Positions 47,730 to 57,775 of a stretch of 64,000 nucleotides of DNA are shown piece after piece. The DNA lies in the NCBI GenBank assembly GCA_016191335.1, contig JACPOW010000001.1:1035-65034 (forward strand), in the 5' to 3' direction. Each line of letters opens with the position of its first letter. Position 1 is the stretch's first letter. This stretch comes from Elusimicrobiota bacterium (GTDB taxonomy: Bacteria; Elusimicrobiota; Elusimicrobia; UBA1565; UBA9628). Below the pieces are notes generated by a model. It was not told where the DNA came from. It ran no database searches and saw only the letters and a program-made list of their open reading frames with translations. A program made the position numbers and the translations under genes.

Positions 47730-48238
47730 TTGGGCGGCTCCTGGGAGACGGGGGCGGTGGACACGGCGGGGGCTTCGGTGACGGTGGTCGTCGAGACCGC
47801 GGCGGTCGGCGGGACGACGAGGAAGGCGCGCGGGGCCGCGGTGGAGGTCTGCGGCGGCTCGTACTTCGCGTCCTTCGGCCGGCACTCGTAGACGAGGTGC
47901 TGGAAGGGCGCGATCTTGAAATGGTCCATGCCCTTGTCGAGGCTGGTGGCGATGTCCGTGCCGGCGTAGGAGATGTCCGCGTCCTGGCGCAGATACTCGT
48001 CGACGATCTGGGGCGCGAGCAGCTTGCCGCAGTTGCGGCGCATGCGGCGCAGGGCGTCGCGGCGCCGGCCGGAGACGAACCAGCCCCAGCCCTCCACCGA
48101 GTAGCGGACGTTCCCCCCGCCCATGTCGACGAAGCCGACCTCCTTGATCGGCCCCTTGCGCGGCTTGCGGCGCTCGACCGTCTCGGCCACGCAGGACGAG
48201 AGGACCAGGAGGGCCAGCAGGGGCAGGGTCTTCCTCAT
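47726..48238 (-). CDS. lipoprotein, unknown function
   Basis: 170 aa. MRKTLPLLALLVLSSC lipobox. Thr/Pro/Ala-rich tail. Confidence 0.65.
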   Translation of the reverse strand: MRKTLPLLALLVLSSCVAETVERRKPRKGPIKEVGFVDMGGGNVRYSVEGWGWFVSGRRRDALRRMRRNCGKLLAPQIVDEYLRQDADISYAGTDIATSLDKGMDHFKIAPFQHLVYECRPKDAKYEPPQTSTAAPRAFLVVPPTAAVSTTTVTEAPAVSTAPVSQEPPK

Positions 48239-49590
48239 TTCAGCGCCCTCAGAGGGGCCGCGGAAGGCTCCGCCGCCGGCTCGCCCCCGGTGAGCCGCTC
48301 CGCGCAGCGCTTGCCGTCGAGGATGGTCTCCTCCATGAAGGAGTACTTCCAGCCGCCGTAGCGGCCGATGGACTCGACGCCGAGCGAGGCGAGGTGGCGG
48401 AAGATCGTGTTCACCGCGGGCGTGCGGGCGCGGTCGTAGACGACGTAGCCGACCGGCACCGGCATCCAGATCTTGGCTGATATCTCGTCGCTGCGGCGCA
48501 GCAGGCCCGCCTCGCGCAGGCCCTTGATCATGTCCGCCTCGAGCTTGTCGCGGTCCACGCGCGTCCCGCCCGGGCGCGTCGCCTCGAGATACAGCGCGGC
48601 GTGCCCCTCCGGGGCGAGGTGCGGGGAGAAGTTGCTCGAGTAGCCGACACGATAGAATGGAAATCGCTTTTCCGGGTAATAGATCCAGTGCTTGTCCGCC
48701 GGGGCGGGACGGTCGATCCCCACGTTGAGGTTCCAGACGGTGTTCCAGCGCAGGTCGCCTCTCGCGGCCTTCACGCCCGCGGGCAGCGGCTTAGCGAGGT
48801 CCAGGAACGCGTTCAAGGGAAGGGTGTTCACCAGGCGCTCGTAGCGCACCTCGCCGAGGCCGCGCACCGAGGCGACCTTCTCGCGCAGGTCCACGGCCAG
48901 GACGGGGCTGTCCACGCGCACGACGCCGGGCTCCAGGCGGTCGGCGAGCGCGTCGGGCAGGGACTGTATGCCGCCGCGCACGGGATAGCGGAAGGTCGCG
49001 TTGTAGCCGAACAGGGCGTTGCCGTCGGTGAGGGCGCCGTATAGGACCTCGGAGGCGGTCGGCTTCGGCACGAAGCGGCCCTGCCACTCGGTCGTCAGCT
49101 TCGAGAGCGGCGTGCGCCAGAGCTTCTCGTTGTACGGGCGCATGAAGCGGCGCGTGATCCCGTCGCCGAACGTCGCCCGGCACCAGGACAGGAAATCGGG
49201 GTTTCGATCCAAGGGCGTCGGCCGGTGCACGGTCTCGAGGAACCCCGCGACGCAGTCCGCGACGGTCTCGGGCGGCAGCCCCTTCGTGTTCGCCTGGAAA
49301 GGATAACGGGTGAACGCGCCCTGCGAGTAGATCCACGCCTTTCGCTCGTGCGCGGCGACGTTGTCCTTGAGCAGGTCGAGGATCAGGGATTTCCCGTAGG
49401 GGTCGTGCAGGTGCAGCAGATGGCCGGTGTAGTCGAAGGTGAACCTGCCCGTGGTCACCGAGCCGGCCGTGCCGCCGACGCGGTCCTTGGCCTCGACGAC
49501 GAGGCGGGAGCGCACGCCCCGCTCGCCGAGGTGATACGCGGCCGAGAGGCCCGCCAGGCCGCCGCCGAGGACGAGGACGTCGACCTTCAT
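48235..49590 (-). CDS. FAD-dependent UDP-galactopyranose-mutase-like / amine-oxidase-fold flavoprotein
   Basis: 451 aa from ATG 49590 (ATGA overlap). VLVLGGGLAGLSAA...EAKDRVGG dinucleotide fold. C-terminal GRYGGWKYSFMEE resembles the long-type UGM tail. Confidence 0.65.
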   Translation of the reverse strand: MKVDVLVLGGGLAGLSAAYHLGERGVRSRLVVEAKDRVGGTAGSVTTGRFTFDYTGHLLHLHDPYGKSLILDLLKDNVAAHERKAWIYSQGAFTRYPFQANTKGLPPETVADCVAGFLETVHRPTPLDRNPDFLSWCRATFGDGITRRFMRPYNEKLWRTPLSKLTTEWQGRFVPKPTASEVLYGALTDGNALFGYNATFRYPVRGGIQSLPDALADRLEPGVVRVDSPVLAVDLREKVASVRGLGEVRYERLVNTLPLNAFLDLAKPLPAGVKAARGDLRWNTVWNLNVGIDRPAPADKHWIYYPEKRFPFYRVGYSSNFSPHLAPEGHAALYLEATRPGGTRVDRDKLEADMIKGLREAGLLRRSDEISAKIWMPVPVGYVVYDRARTPAVNTIFRHLASLGVESIGRYGGWKYSFMEETILDGKRCAERLTGGEPAAEPSAAPLRALK

Positions 49591-50621
49591 CGCATCTCGA
49601 CGAGCGCCATGCGGCGCCCGACCCAGCCGACCAGGAGCGCGACCAGCGCGTAGACCGCGATCGCGCCGCGCAGCGGCAGCTGCGTCACGAGGAACGCGCA
49701 GAAGCTCAGGAACGCCGCGGCCGCGCCGGCCATCAGCACGACCTGCCCGCGCTCGAACCCCATCTTCTCGAGGCGCAGCGCGAAGTGGTCCTTGGAGCCG
49801 AGGAACGGGGACTTGCCCTGGTTGAGGCGCAGGAGGCTCACGAAGAAGGTGTCGAAGGCGGGCACGAAGAGTATCAGCAGCGGCGCGAAGACGCCCGCGT
49901 CGTTGACGTCGGAGTAGCGCGTGCCGAGCGAGATGCCCGCGAGCAGGAAGCCGATGAGCAGGCTGCCGCTGTCGCCCATGAAGATCTTGCGCTTCCTCGA
50001 CAGGTTCCACGGCAGGAACCCGATCGCGGCGCCCGCCAGGGCGGCGGAGGCGAAGTTGACGTAGAGCTCCTCGGTCGGCAGGGAGATCATCAGGAAGCCG
50101 AGCGCGGCGATCGCCGCCTGGCTCGCGGACAGGCCGTCCATGATGTCGACGATGTTGAAGGCGTTGGTCACGCCGACGATCCAGACGCCGGTCACCACCG
50201 CCGCGACGTAGGCCGGAGACAGGAAGCGCATGCGCAGGCCGAACAGGATGAGCAGGGCCGCGGCCAGGATCTGCACGAGGAACTTGGGCTTGTAGTCCAC
50301 GCCCTCGGGGCGCTTGAGGTCGTCGATGAGGCCGAGGGCGAAGATCAGCGAGCCGCCGAGGACCAACGCGCGCAGGTTGTACAAGGTGCCGGTCGGGAAG
50401 TTCGTGGTCAGGCGCAGCAGCAGCATCGTCGCCATGAAGCCCAGGTAGATGGCCACGCCGCCGAACACCGGGGTCGGCTCCTTGTGCGTCTTGACCGCGG
50501 AGCCCGGCGTGTCGAGCACGCCCAGGCGCACCGACAGCAGGCGCACGAGCGGGGTCATGAAGAAGGACACCCCCGCCGAGCAGATGAAGGAGGTCAGCAG
50601 CAGGCCCGTGTAGCTCTTCAC
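49587..50621 (-). CDS. polyprenol-phosphate sugar-1-phosphate transferase (WecA/MraY, GT4 family)
   Basis: 344 aa, about 10 TM helices. NAFNIVDIMDGL and FMGDSGS motifs. Confidence 0.85.
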   Translation of the reverse strand: MKSYTGLLLTSFICSAGVSFFMTPLVRLLSVRLGVLDTPGSAVKTHKEPTPVFGGVAIYLGFMATMLLLRLTTNFPTGTLYNLRALVLGGSLIFALGLIDDLKRPEGVDYKPKFLVQILAAALLILFGLRMRFLSPAYVAAVVTGVWIVGVTNAFNIVDIMDGLSASQAAIAALGFLMISLPTEELYVNFASAALAGAAIGFLPWNLSRKRKIFMGDSGSLLIGFLLAGISLGTRYSDVNDAGVFAPLLILFVPAFDTFFVSLLRLNQGKSPFLGSKDHFALRLEKMGFERGQVVLMAGAAAAFLSFCAFLVTQLPLRGAIAVYALVALLVGWVGRRMALVEMR

Positions 50622-52579
50622 AGGCGCCCCACGACGCAGCCGCGGCCCGTGAACTCCGTCTTCAGCGTGTCCTCGAGGCCCTTCCAGTTGACGGCCCCGG
50701 CGGGCGTCAGCGAGCCCAGGCCCGGTCCGAGGCGCGCGGCCTCGCGCGGGACGATCAGCACGCGGGTGAAGCCGTCGGCCCGCAGCGACGAGAGCAGCGC
50801 CGCGGGGTCGGCGGACTCGTTGGCGCGGCGGACGAAGAGGTTGGGCATGTGCACGGTGCTGGGGAGGTGGGCGGCCGGCAGATAATAGCCGCGCTGCTCC
50901 CCGACGACCAGTATTTTATCATTCTCGACGGCGTTGCCCCGGAGCCAGTCCGCGCAGGAGTAGTAGTCCAGGCGGCGCGTCAGGAACGCCTCGCGGCTCT
51001 CGAGCCCGAAGGCCGTCGACCCGGAGCCGAAGGTCGAGTGGACGAACACGAACAAAAACAGGTGCGCGAAGGTCATGACCCCGAGCGCGCCCGCGATGAC
51101 GACGCGCGACCAGCGGTCGAGCACCCCCCACAGGGCGACCAGGCCGCAGGCGCCCAGCAGCGCCATGACCGGCACCAGGACGGTCAAAAAGCGCAGGACG
51201 ACCCCGCTCGAGAACCACGCCGCGCCCCACAGGAAGCAGAACAGCAGCAGCCCGCGCAGGCTCCGGTTCTTCGACGCCGCCCAGGCGCCGAGCGGCAGGA
51301 GCCACAGCGAGATGTCCCAACCCAGGTCGCCCAGCACGTCCATGCCGCCGCCGAAGCGCAAGGGATTGCGCAGCAGGAGGATCGGCAGCGAGATGAGCGA
51401 GTGGAAGAACCCGCCGATGTGGCCGTACTCGGTCAGCACGCTGAAGTAGCCCGCGGCGAGCTCCGCGTTCCAGCCGGTGCCGGTGTTCTCGAACCACTTG
51501 TACAGGAACGGGAACACGGGGTTTCGCACGCACACCCAGTTCTTGATCAGCCATGGCGCGAACAGGGCGCTGACGATCGCCGTGAACAGGACCAGGTCGA
51601 CGGCCCGGTCCTTGCGACGGTCGAACGCGAAGCCCCAGAGCAGCCGCAGGCCGAAGGCCGCCGCGCCGATGCCCGCGTAGTACTTGGTGCCGAGCGCCAG
51701 GCCGGTGAAGATGGCCGACAGGATCAGCCAGCCCCGCGGTCCGCCCCCCTCCGGCGCCAGCCGCCGCCAGCGTTCGAAGGACAACGCGGCCGCGGTGACC
51801 CACAGCATGACGAGAGGCTCGACGTAGGTCGTCGACGACATCAGCAGCAGCGCCGAGTGCGTGGCGATGAAGATCGCGGCCAGCGCCACCGCGCTCATCG
51901 GCGCCTCGCGGCGGCCGAGGGAGAACACCCACCAGATCGAGAGCACCATCGACAGCCACATGTACATCTGCGCCAGCAGGTCGCTCCCGAGCAGCAGCGC
52001 CAGGGAGAACAGCATCTCCCCGTTCTGCGGGAAATGGGCGTAGACGATGCCGGGCGGGGCGAACAGCCGCCCCTCGCGCAGGTAGGCCTGGGGCAAAGCC
52101 AGGTGATAGACGAGGGAGTCGTACTGGTGCGGCGGCACGAGGCACATCCACAGCGCGGCCAGCAGCGGCAGGGCCACCGCCGCGGCCGCGAGCGGGCGCT
52201 CGCGCAGCAGGCTCTGGTCGGGCGCCAGCGAGGCGAGCGCCGGCTTGAGCTCCGCGTAGCCGATCAGCCACAGCGCGGCGAGCAGGGCCGAGGCGGCCCA
52301 GGGCTTGAACAGGCCCAGCGCGCCGAGGAGGAAGCCGCCGAGGGCGAGAAGGCCGAGCCCCAAGGTCATGCCGCACAAGGTCTTCTGCGACTCGCTCATG
52401 TCGCTGAGGCCCAGCTTCCCGGCGAGGACGCGGCCGGAGCCGGTGGCGAGGAGTATGGTCAGCGCGAGGAGCACGAAGGGCACGCAGCCGGGCCGCAGCG
52501 CCACCCAGAGGGAATCGGCCGCCGACAGCGCGCCGAGCCCCGCCGTCAGCAGCGCGAAGGCCGCCGCGGCTCGGCTCAT
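50618..52579 (-). CDS. large polytopic membrane protein, GT-C-fold glycosyltransferase-like, with a C-terminal soluble domain
   Basis: 653 aa, more than 12 hydrophobic helices, then a ~150-aa periplasmic-looking tail. Overlaps its neighbours by 4 nt on both sides. Confidence 0.5.
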   Translation of the reverse strand: MSRAAAAFALLTAGLGALSAADSLWVALRPGCVPFVLLALTILLATGSGRVLAGKLGLSDMSESQKTLCGMTLGLGLLALGGFLLGALGLFKPWAASALLAALWLIGYAELKPALASLAPDQSLLRERPLAAAAVALPLLAALWMCLVPPHQYDSLVYHLALPQAYLREGRLFAPPGIVYAHFPQNGEMLFSLALLLGSDLLAQMYMWLSMVLSIWWVFSLGRREAPMSAVALAAIFIATHSALLLMSSTTYVEPLVMLWVTAAALSFERWRRLAPEGGGPRGWLILSAIFTGLALGTKYYAGIGAAAFGLRLLWGFAFDRRKDRAVDLVLFTAIVSALFAPWLIKNWVCVRNPVFPFLYKWFENTGTGWNAELAAGYFSVLTEYGHIGGFFHSLISLPILLLRNPLRFGGGMDVLGDLGWDISLWLLPLGAWAASKNRSLRGLLLFCFLWGAAWFSSGVVLRFLTVLVPVMALLGACGLVALWGVLDRWSRVVIAGALGVMTFAHLFLFVFVHSTFGSGSTAFGLESREAFLTRRLDYYSCADWLRGNAVENDKILVVGEQRGYYLPAAHLPSTVHMPNLFVRRANESADPAALLSSLRADGFTRVLIVPREAARLGPGLGSLTPAGAVNWKGLEDTLKTEFTGRGCVVGRL

Positions 52580-53328
52580 TTAGCGGTCTTCGGCTCGAAC
52601 AGCGCGAACTTCATGACGCCCAGGCGCTGCAGCACGTACTGGCCCAGGCACCACATCGCCGACAGCCCGTACTCGCAGGAACGCACGAAGTTGATCGACG
52701 AGGCCTCCGCGAAGTAGCGCGCGGCGACGGGCACGTCGCCCAGGCGCTGCTTCAGGTAGGCGGCCTGGATCAGGAACTGCTGGTCGAACACGAAGTCGTC
52801 GGAGTTGTCCTCCCACGGGATCGTCTCGAGGCACTTGCGCGAGTAGGCGCGCAGGCCCGAGTGCCACTCGCCGAGGTTCTGGCCGGTGACGGAGTTCTCG
52901 AACATCGTCAGCAGGCGGTTGAAGACATACTTGTACACCGGCATCCCGCCGCTCAAGGCCTCCCAGCGGGTGCGGATGCGGTTGCCGCAGACCATGTCGC
53001 AGATGTCGTGGGTGATCAGGTCCGACATGATCGGCACGAGGCGGGCGTCGTACTGGTAATCGGGGTGGACCATGATCACGACGTCGGCGCCCTTGCGCAG
53101 CGCCTCGGTGTAGCAGGTCTTCTGGTTGCCGCCGTAGCCCTTGTTGGTCGCGTGCTGGATCACGGTCAGGCCGAGCTTCCTGGCGAGCGCGACGGTGCCG
53201 TCCTTGGAGCAGTCGTCGACGAGGATGACCTCGTCCACCGACCCGGGAGGGATGTCCTTGATGGTGCGCTCGAGCGTCTTCTCCGCGTTGTAGGCGGGCA
53301 TGACGACGATGACTTTGGGCTTGGCCAT
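52576..53328 (-). CDS. GT2 glycosyltransferase
   Basis: VVMPAYNAEKTL, LVDDCSKDGT and HPDYQYD. Start taken at MAKPKV (alternative 53337). Confidence 0.8.
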   Translation of the reverse strand: MAKPKVIVVMPAYNAEKTLERTIKDIPPGSVDEVILVDDCSKDGTVALARKLGLTVIQHATNKGYGGNQKTCYTEALRKGADVVIMVHPDYQYDARLVPIMSDLITHDICDMVCGNRIRTRWEALSGGMPVYKYVFNRLLTMFENSVTGQNLGEWHSGLRAYSRKCLETIPWEDNSDDFVFDQQFLIQAAYLKQRLGDVPVAARYFAEASSINFVRSCEYGLSAMWCLGQYVLQRLGVMKFALFEPKTAK

Positions 53329-53377
53329 GAGGCCCACATTATAGGAAATGGAGGGGCGGTCTCAGGCGGCCCGAGGG

Positions 53378-54277
53378 TCAGGCCAGGGCGTCTTTCAGGC
53401 CTTCGGCGAGCGGACGGGGCCTGAGGCCCAGCTCGGCGAAGACCGCGGCGTAGTCCGCGTCGTGGGCGCTCTGAACGGCGCCGGTCACGTTGCTGACCGA
53501 CAGCGGCGGCGAAGCGAGGAAAAGCCCCAGGACGCGCGCGATCCCCATCGCCGCCCAGTACGGGAGATGGACCTTGAGCGGCTTCTTGCCCAAGGAAGCT
53601 CCGATCATGTCGATGAGCCCGGCCAAGGTGACGCTCTGGGGACCGCCGACGGCGTAGGTCTTCCCGATCGTCCTCGGCTCGGCCAGGCAGCCGGCGACGA
53701 CGGCGCACACGTCGTCGGCGTGAACCGGCTGGAAGCGGACCGACCCGTCGCCGATCACCGGGACGAACGGCGCGGAGACGGTCACGCGCGCGAGCTTACC
53801 GAACACCCCCGGATCGTTCGGCCCGTAGACGAGGCTCGGCACCAAGGTCGTGACCTCGAGCCCGGAGGCGGCGAAGGCCTCGTCGGACCGCGCCTTGGTC
53901 TCGCCGTAGGCGCCGCGCCGCTCCAGGCGCGAGGCCTGGCTGCCGATGTTGATCACGCGGCGCACGCCCGCCGCCCGGCACGCCTCGATGAGGTTGTGCG
54001 CCCCGCCCACGTTGACCGCGACGATGTCCGGCTCGTCGCCTTTGCGCGCGGCCAGGTGCACGACGGCGTCCGCGCCGGCCGCCGCGGCCTTCAGCGAGGC
54101 GGCGTCGGTCATGTCGCCTTGGACGAGCTCGATGCCCGCCGGGAGCAGGCCTTTCGCGCGCGCCGCGTCGCGCACGAGGCAGCGCACGGCGTATCGGTCG
54201 ACGAGAAGGGACGCCAGGCGCCGGCCGATGAAACCGGTCGCGCCTGTGATCAGAACCGTTTTCTTCGTCTCGGTCAC
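53378..54277 (-). CDS. NAD-dependent epimerase/dehydratase-family SDR
   Basis: 299 aa with the VLITGATGFIGRRL Rossmann motif. Confidence 0.8.
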   Translation of the reverse strand: MTETKKTVLITGATGFIGRRLASLLVDRYAVRCLVRDAARAKGLLPAGIELVQGDMTDAASLKAAAAGADAVVHLAARKGDEPDIVAVNVGGAHNLIEACRAAGVRRVINIGSQASRLERRGAYGETKARSDEAFAASGLEVTTLVPSLVYGPNDPGVFGKLARVTVSAPFVPVIGDGSVRFQPVHADDVCAVVAGCLAEPRTIGKTYAVGGPQSVTLAGLIDMIGASLGKKPLKVHLPYWAAMGIARVLGLFLASPPLSVSNVTGAVQSAHDADYAAVFAELGLRPRPLAEGLKDALA

Positions 54278-54310
54278 GATCGCAATCCTATCATTATCCG
54301 CCGTAGCGCC

Positions 54311-54333
54311 GAACTCGCACCGGTGCGAGTCGC
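54311..54333. repeat. intergenic palindrome family B, copy 2 (inverted orientation)
   Basis: gaactcgcaccggtgcgagtcgc is the exact reverse complement of 12093-12115. It is followed by a second hairpin, GACTATCC-ttga-GGATAGTC (54345-54364), that overlaps the methyltransferase stop codon. Confidence 0.8.
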
Positions 54334-54362
54334 CCCGCCGCCGCGACTATCCTTGAGGATAG

Positions 54363-54932
54363 TCAGGACCCGGACGGGCGGCTGGCGAGCAGGAAGGCGT
54401 TCATGCCGAGCTCGAAGGAGTGGACGTCCTCGACGACGAGGCCCGCCTCGCGCGCCCAGGAGGCGAGGGCCTCCGGGGAGACGTCGAAATCCTTGTGCTC
54501 GCCGGGCTCCACGTCGCGCACCAGGCCGGTGTGCACGAGTCCATCGTGGACCATGATGCCGAGCTTGGTCGGGGTGGTCACGATGAGGCGGCCGCCGGGC
54601 GCCAGGCAGCGGCGGACCTCGCTCAGGACGGCCTTGGGGTCGGCGATGTGCTCGAGCACGGCCAGTATCGTGATCTGGTCGAGGAAGCCGTCGGCGAAAG
54701 GCAGGTTCTTGGTGATGTCGGCCTTGAGCAAGGTGATGGTCCCGTCCTGGCCGTCCTCGACGGTGATGTCGAGGCCCCAGCTCTCGTCGGCCAGGCCGCG
54801 GACCTTCGTCAGGAAGTGGTGGTCGAAGCGGCAGCCGAGGTCCGCCATGCGCCGGCAGCGGCGCAGGTGCGGGACCACCTCGCGGTAGCGCAGGGAGTGG
54901 ATCAGGTTCTCGATCAGGTTGTGAAGGGCCAT
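54363..54932 (-). CDS. class I SAM-dependent methyltransferase
   Basis: 189 aa. MADLGC motif I; LAPGGRLIVTTP post-I/II region. Confidence 0.7.
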   Translation of the reverse strand: MALHNLIENLIHSLRYREVVPHLRRCRRMADLGCRFDHHFLTKVRGLADESWGLDITVEDGQDGTITLLKADITKNLPFADGFLDQITILAVLEHIADPKAVLSEVRRCLAPGGRLIVTTPTKLGIMVHDGLVHTGLVRDVEPGEHKDFDVSPEALASWAREAGLVVEDVHSFELGMNAFLLASRPSGS

Positions 54933-54933
54933 C

Positions 54934-56592
54934 TCATCTCCTCAGGCGCCAGACCCGCAGCCAGGGGCCCATCGTGGTCCCGGGCTCGGACGGGAATTCG
55001 CGGACCAGGTCGGCGCCGGCTGCGAGCTCCGCGAAGAAGGTGGCGAGCTCGCGGGCGCGGCGGGGGTCGGCGCCGAAGCTCGAGGTGACGACCCAGCGCG
55101 CGCGCACCGCGCGCACCGGGTCGAGGCCCGGGCGCACGTCGAGGAAATCCCCGTCGGCCTGAGAGGCGGCGACGTGGCGCGGCGAGGAGAACAGGTCCCC
55201 CGCCGAGCGCTGGATGCGGTAGACGCGCCAGCCGCCGCCGGGATGACGGTCGGCCATCGCGCGCCAGAGCCTCGAGCGCGGGGAGCCCGCGGCCGCGGTG
55301 CGGGAGGCCAGGTCCTCGCACTGCTCCTTCGACGGGGTCGCGCGCGGCGAGGCGTGGGGCAGGTCGAGGAGGATGGTCTCGCCCGAGGGGATGTTCGCCG
55401 TCATCCAGGCTTCCGCCTGCGCGCGCGTGTCCGGCAAGGTCAGGTCGGCGACGTAGCGCCACGAGAGGAACAGCCCGGGGGCCAGGACGAGGGCCGCGGC
55501 CGCCGCCCGCCGCCAGGGCCTCGTCCCGCCGAGCAAAGTCAGGCCCTCGCTCGACAGGAGGGCCAGCGCCGGGAACACGCCGAGCAGGTAGCGCTGCCAG
55601 CCCCCGTCGGGGCTCCCGGACAGGACCAGGTAGTACGCCGCGACCGGGACGGCCAGGAGGATGGCGCGGCGCGTCCGGCGCCACGCCAGCACGGCGAGCC
55701 CGATCACCGCCGCCGCCCCCGCGGGGGAGCCGTCCCCGCCGTAGGTCCAGAGGTTGTAGGCCACGGTCTTCGCCATCGCCGCCGCGTCGTGCGGGCGCAG
55801 GCGGCCCAGGTCGGCGTAATCCGTCCAGTCGGCGGCGAAGCGGGAGAAGTCGAGCGCGATGAAGGGAGAGCCGACGACGAACGCGGCGGCGGCGAAGGCC
55901 GCGGCTTGGAGGAGCCAGGTCCAGTACGGCGGCCCGCCCTCGCGCAGCAGCCAGGCGAGCGGCAGGAGCAGCGCCAACGGCGCGGCGGTGTATTGGGTCG
56001 AGCAGGCGGCGCCGACGAGCGCGCCCGCGGCGAACAGCCAGCCGCGCGCCCCGCCCGCCTGGAAGCGCAGGGCGCAGGCCCAGGCGCCGGCGGCGAAGAG
56101 CAGCATCAAGGAGTCGGGCTTGGCCGCGTGGGCCAGCTCGACGAGCACCGGGGAGAAGGCCAATATCAACGCGCCGTACGGCCAGCGCGTCCGGTCCTCC
56201 GCGCGCTCCGTGCGCGAGACGACGACGAGCGCTCCCAGCGACGCCGCCGCCGCGACCACGCGCGCGATCAGGTAGAAGCCCGTCGGGGCGAAGCCGTACA
56301 GCGCGGCGAAGTCCAACGCGGACTTGCGCAGGCCGAAGACCGACCACGCCCCGAACCACAGACCGTACAGCCCGGCGAGCATGGTCGGCCACACCGTCGG
56401 GTACTTGAACGAGTGCGGCCGCAGGCTGCCGCTGCCGAAGGACACCGCCATGTTGACCAGGTGCGGCTCGTCGGCGTTGTAGGTGTGGGGCAGGCCGTAG
56501 CCGATCTTGACGAAGCGCAGGGCCGCGGCCAGGAGCGCGCAGGCGATCAGGACCCAGGCCCAGGGCGACAGCGACTCGGCGCGCTTACGCAC
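54934..56592 (-). CDS. GT-C-fold (ArnT/PMT-like, GT39/83-type) membrane glycosyltransferase
   Basis: 552 aa. The first periplasmic loop carries ADEPH (the DE motif typical of GT-C). Many TM helices, then a C-terminal soluble domain. Confidence 0.65.
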   Translation of the reverse strand: MRKRAESLSPWAWVLIACALLAAALRFVKIGYGLPHTYNADEPHLVNMAVSFGSGSLRPHSFKYPTVWPTMLAGLYGLWFGAWSVFGLRKSALDFAALYGFAPTGFYLIARVVAAAASLGALVVVSRTERAEDRTRWPYGALILAFSPVLVELAHAAKPDSLMLLFAAGAWACALRFQAGGARGWLFAAGALVGAACSTQYTAAPLALLLPLAWLLREGGPPYWTWLLQAAAFAAAAFVVGSPFIALDFSRFAADWTDYADLGRLRPHDAAAMAKTVAYNLWTYGGDGSPAGAAAVIGLAVLAWRRTRRAILLAVPVAAYYLVLSGSPDGGWQRYLLGVFPALALLSSEGLTLLGGTRPWRRAAAAALVLAPGLFLSWRYVADLTLPDTRAQAEAWMTANIPSGETILLDLPHASPRATPSKEQCEDLASRTAAAGSPRSRLWRAMADRHPGGGWRVYRIQRSAGDLFSSPRHVAASQADGDFLDVRPGLDPVRAVRARWVVTSSFGADPRRARELATFFAELAAGADLVREFPSEPGTTMGPWLRVWRLRR

Positions 56593-57775
56593 GGCGGCCC
56601 TCCTTCCCCCGGACCAGGGCGAGCGCGCCCGCCGACGCGAGCAGGACCAGGAACGGCTCGAGGGGCAGGCGGTAGCGCAGCGAGGTGAAGAAGACCGAAT
56701 GCACGACGGTCAGATAGGCGAACAGCGCCCACACCGCTCCCCACGGCGAGGCCGCGGCGAAGGTCCCGCGCGCGCCCCACAGCGCCAGCGCGAAGACGAC
56801 GGTGAAGTAGACGCCCAGCGCCCCGCGCTGCCACCACACGTGCGGGTCGTACGGGAACGGCCGCCAGAACAGGAAGGCCTTGCCGACCACGATCTTCACC
56901 GCCCCGAGCGGGTCGGCGCGCACGAGCGCGGCGGTCTTCCTGGCGAAATGGTCGCCGACGGCGATCGGGTCGGTGAGGCCCAGCGCCTGGACCTCCGCCC
57001 CCATCTCCGCCGGGTGGCGGCGCACGACCTCGCGGTCGAGGGTGAAGCCTTCATACAGGTTCCAGCCCATCAAGGTCGCGGCGGGCACGACCTTCCCGTA
57101 TTTGAAATAGTTGCGCGCGGTCCACGCGGCCGACGGCGCCAGCCAGCCCGCGCCGAGCAAGGCGCAGAACAGGAAGGCGCGTTTAAGACCCTGCGCGCGC
57201 CACAGGACCAGGAACAGGAGGGCGGGATAGCCGCCGAGGACGGAACGGCACAGGACGCACAGGCCGCCCCACAAACCCCACGCGGCCAGACGCCAGGACA
57301 AGGGACGGTCCCACTCCTTCAACAGACCGACGAAGAACAACAATGTCATCGCGATGAACAAAGTCTCGGTCTGGAGATGAGGCGTGAAGAAGATGAGCGC
57401 GGGATCGACGGCGCACCACAGCGCGGCGAGCCGCGCGGTCTTATCGTCCGCCAGCCGCGAGCCGAGCCTGCGGACCAGGACGACGGAGGCCGCACCGGCG
57501 AGGCATTGGAGAAGAAGGACCGGAAGGGGATCCGGCGAGCGGAATATGCCGAGCAGCGCGGCGACGACCATCGTGTATAAAGGCGGATGCGTGGCGTCGA
57601 AGGCGGGCATCGGCAGCCAGCCGAGCCAGGACTGGGCCAGGTTGAAATAGAGGTCGCGGCCGTACACCTCGCCCAGGCCCTTGGCCACGAAGAAGGCGGT
57701 GAAGCCCAGACGCAACCCGAGCGCCAAGGCGAAGACCGCCGCGTCGTAGCGGCGCGCGCTCAGCCGTTCGAGCAT
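56585..57775 (-). CDS. GT-C-fold (PMT_2/ArnT-like) membrane glycosyltransferase
   Basis: 396 aa from ATG 57775. GRDLYFNLAQSW...THPPLYT loop; 9-11 TM helices. Overlaps the upstream GT2 gene by 16 nt. Confidence 0.65.
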   Translation of the reverse strand: MLERLSARRYDAAVFALALGLRLGFTAFFVAKGLGEVYGRDLYFNLAQSWLGWLPMPAFDATHPPLYTMVVAALLGIFRSPDPLPVLLLQCLAGAASVVLVRRLGSRLADDKTARLAALWCAVDPALIFFTPHLQTETLFIAMTLLFFVGLLKEWDRPLSWRLAAWGLWGGLCVLCRSVLGGYPALLFLVLWRAQGLKRAFLFCALLGAGWLAPSAAWTARNYFKYGKVVPAATLMGWNLYEGFTLDREVVRRHPAEMGAEVQALGLTDPIAVGDHFARKTAALVRADPLGAVKIVVGKAFLFWRPFPYDPHVWWQRGALGVYFTVVFALALWGARGTFAAASPWGAVWALFAYLTVVHSVFFTSLRYRLPLEPFLVLLASAGALALVRGKEGRRA

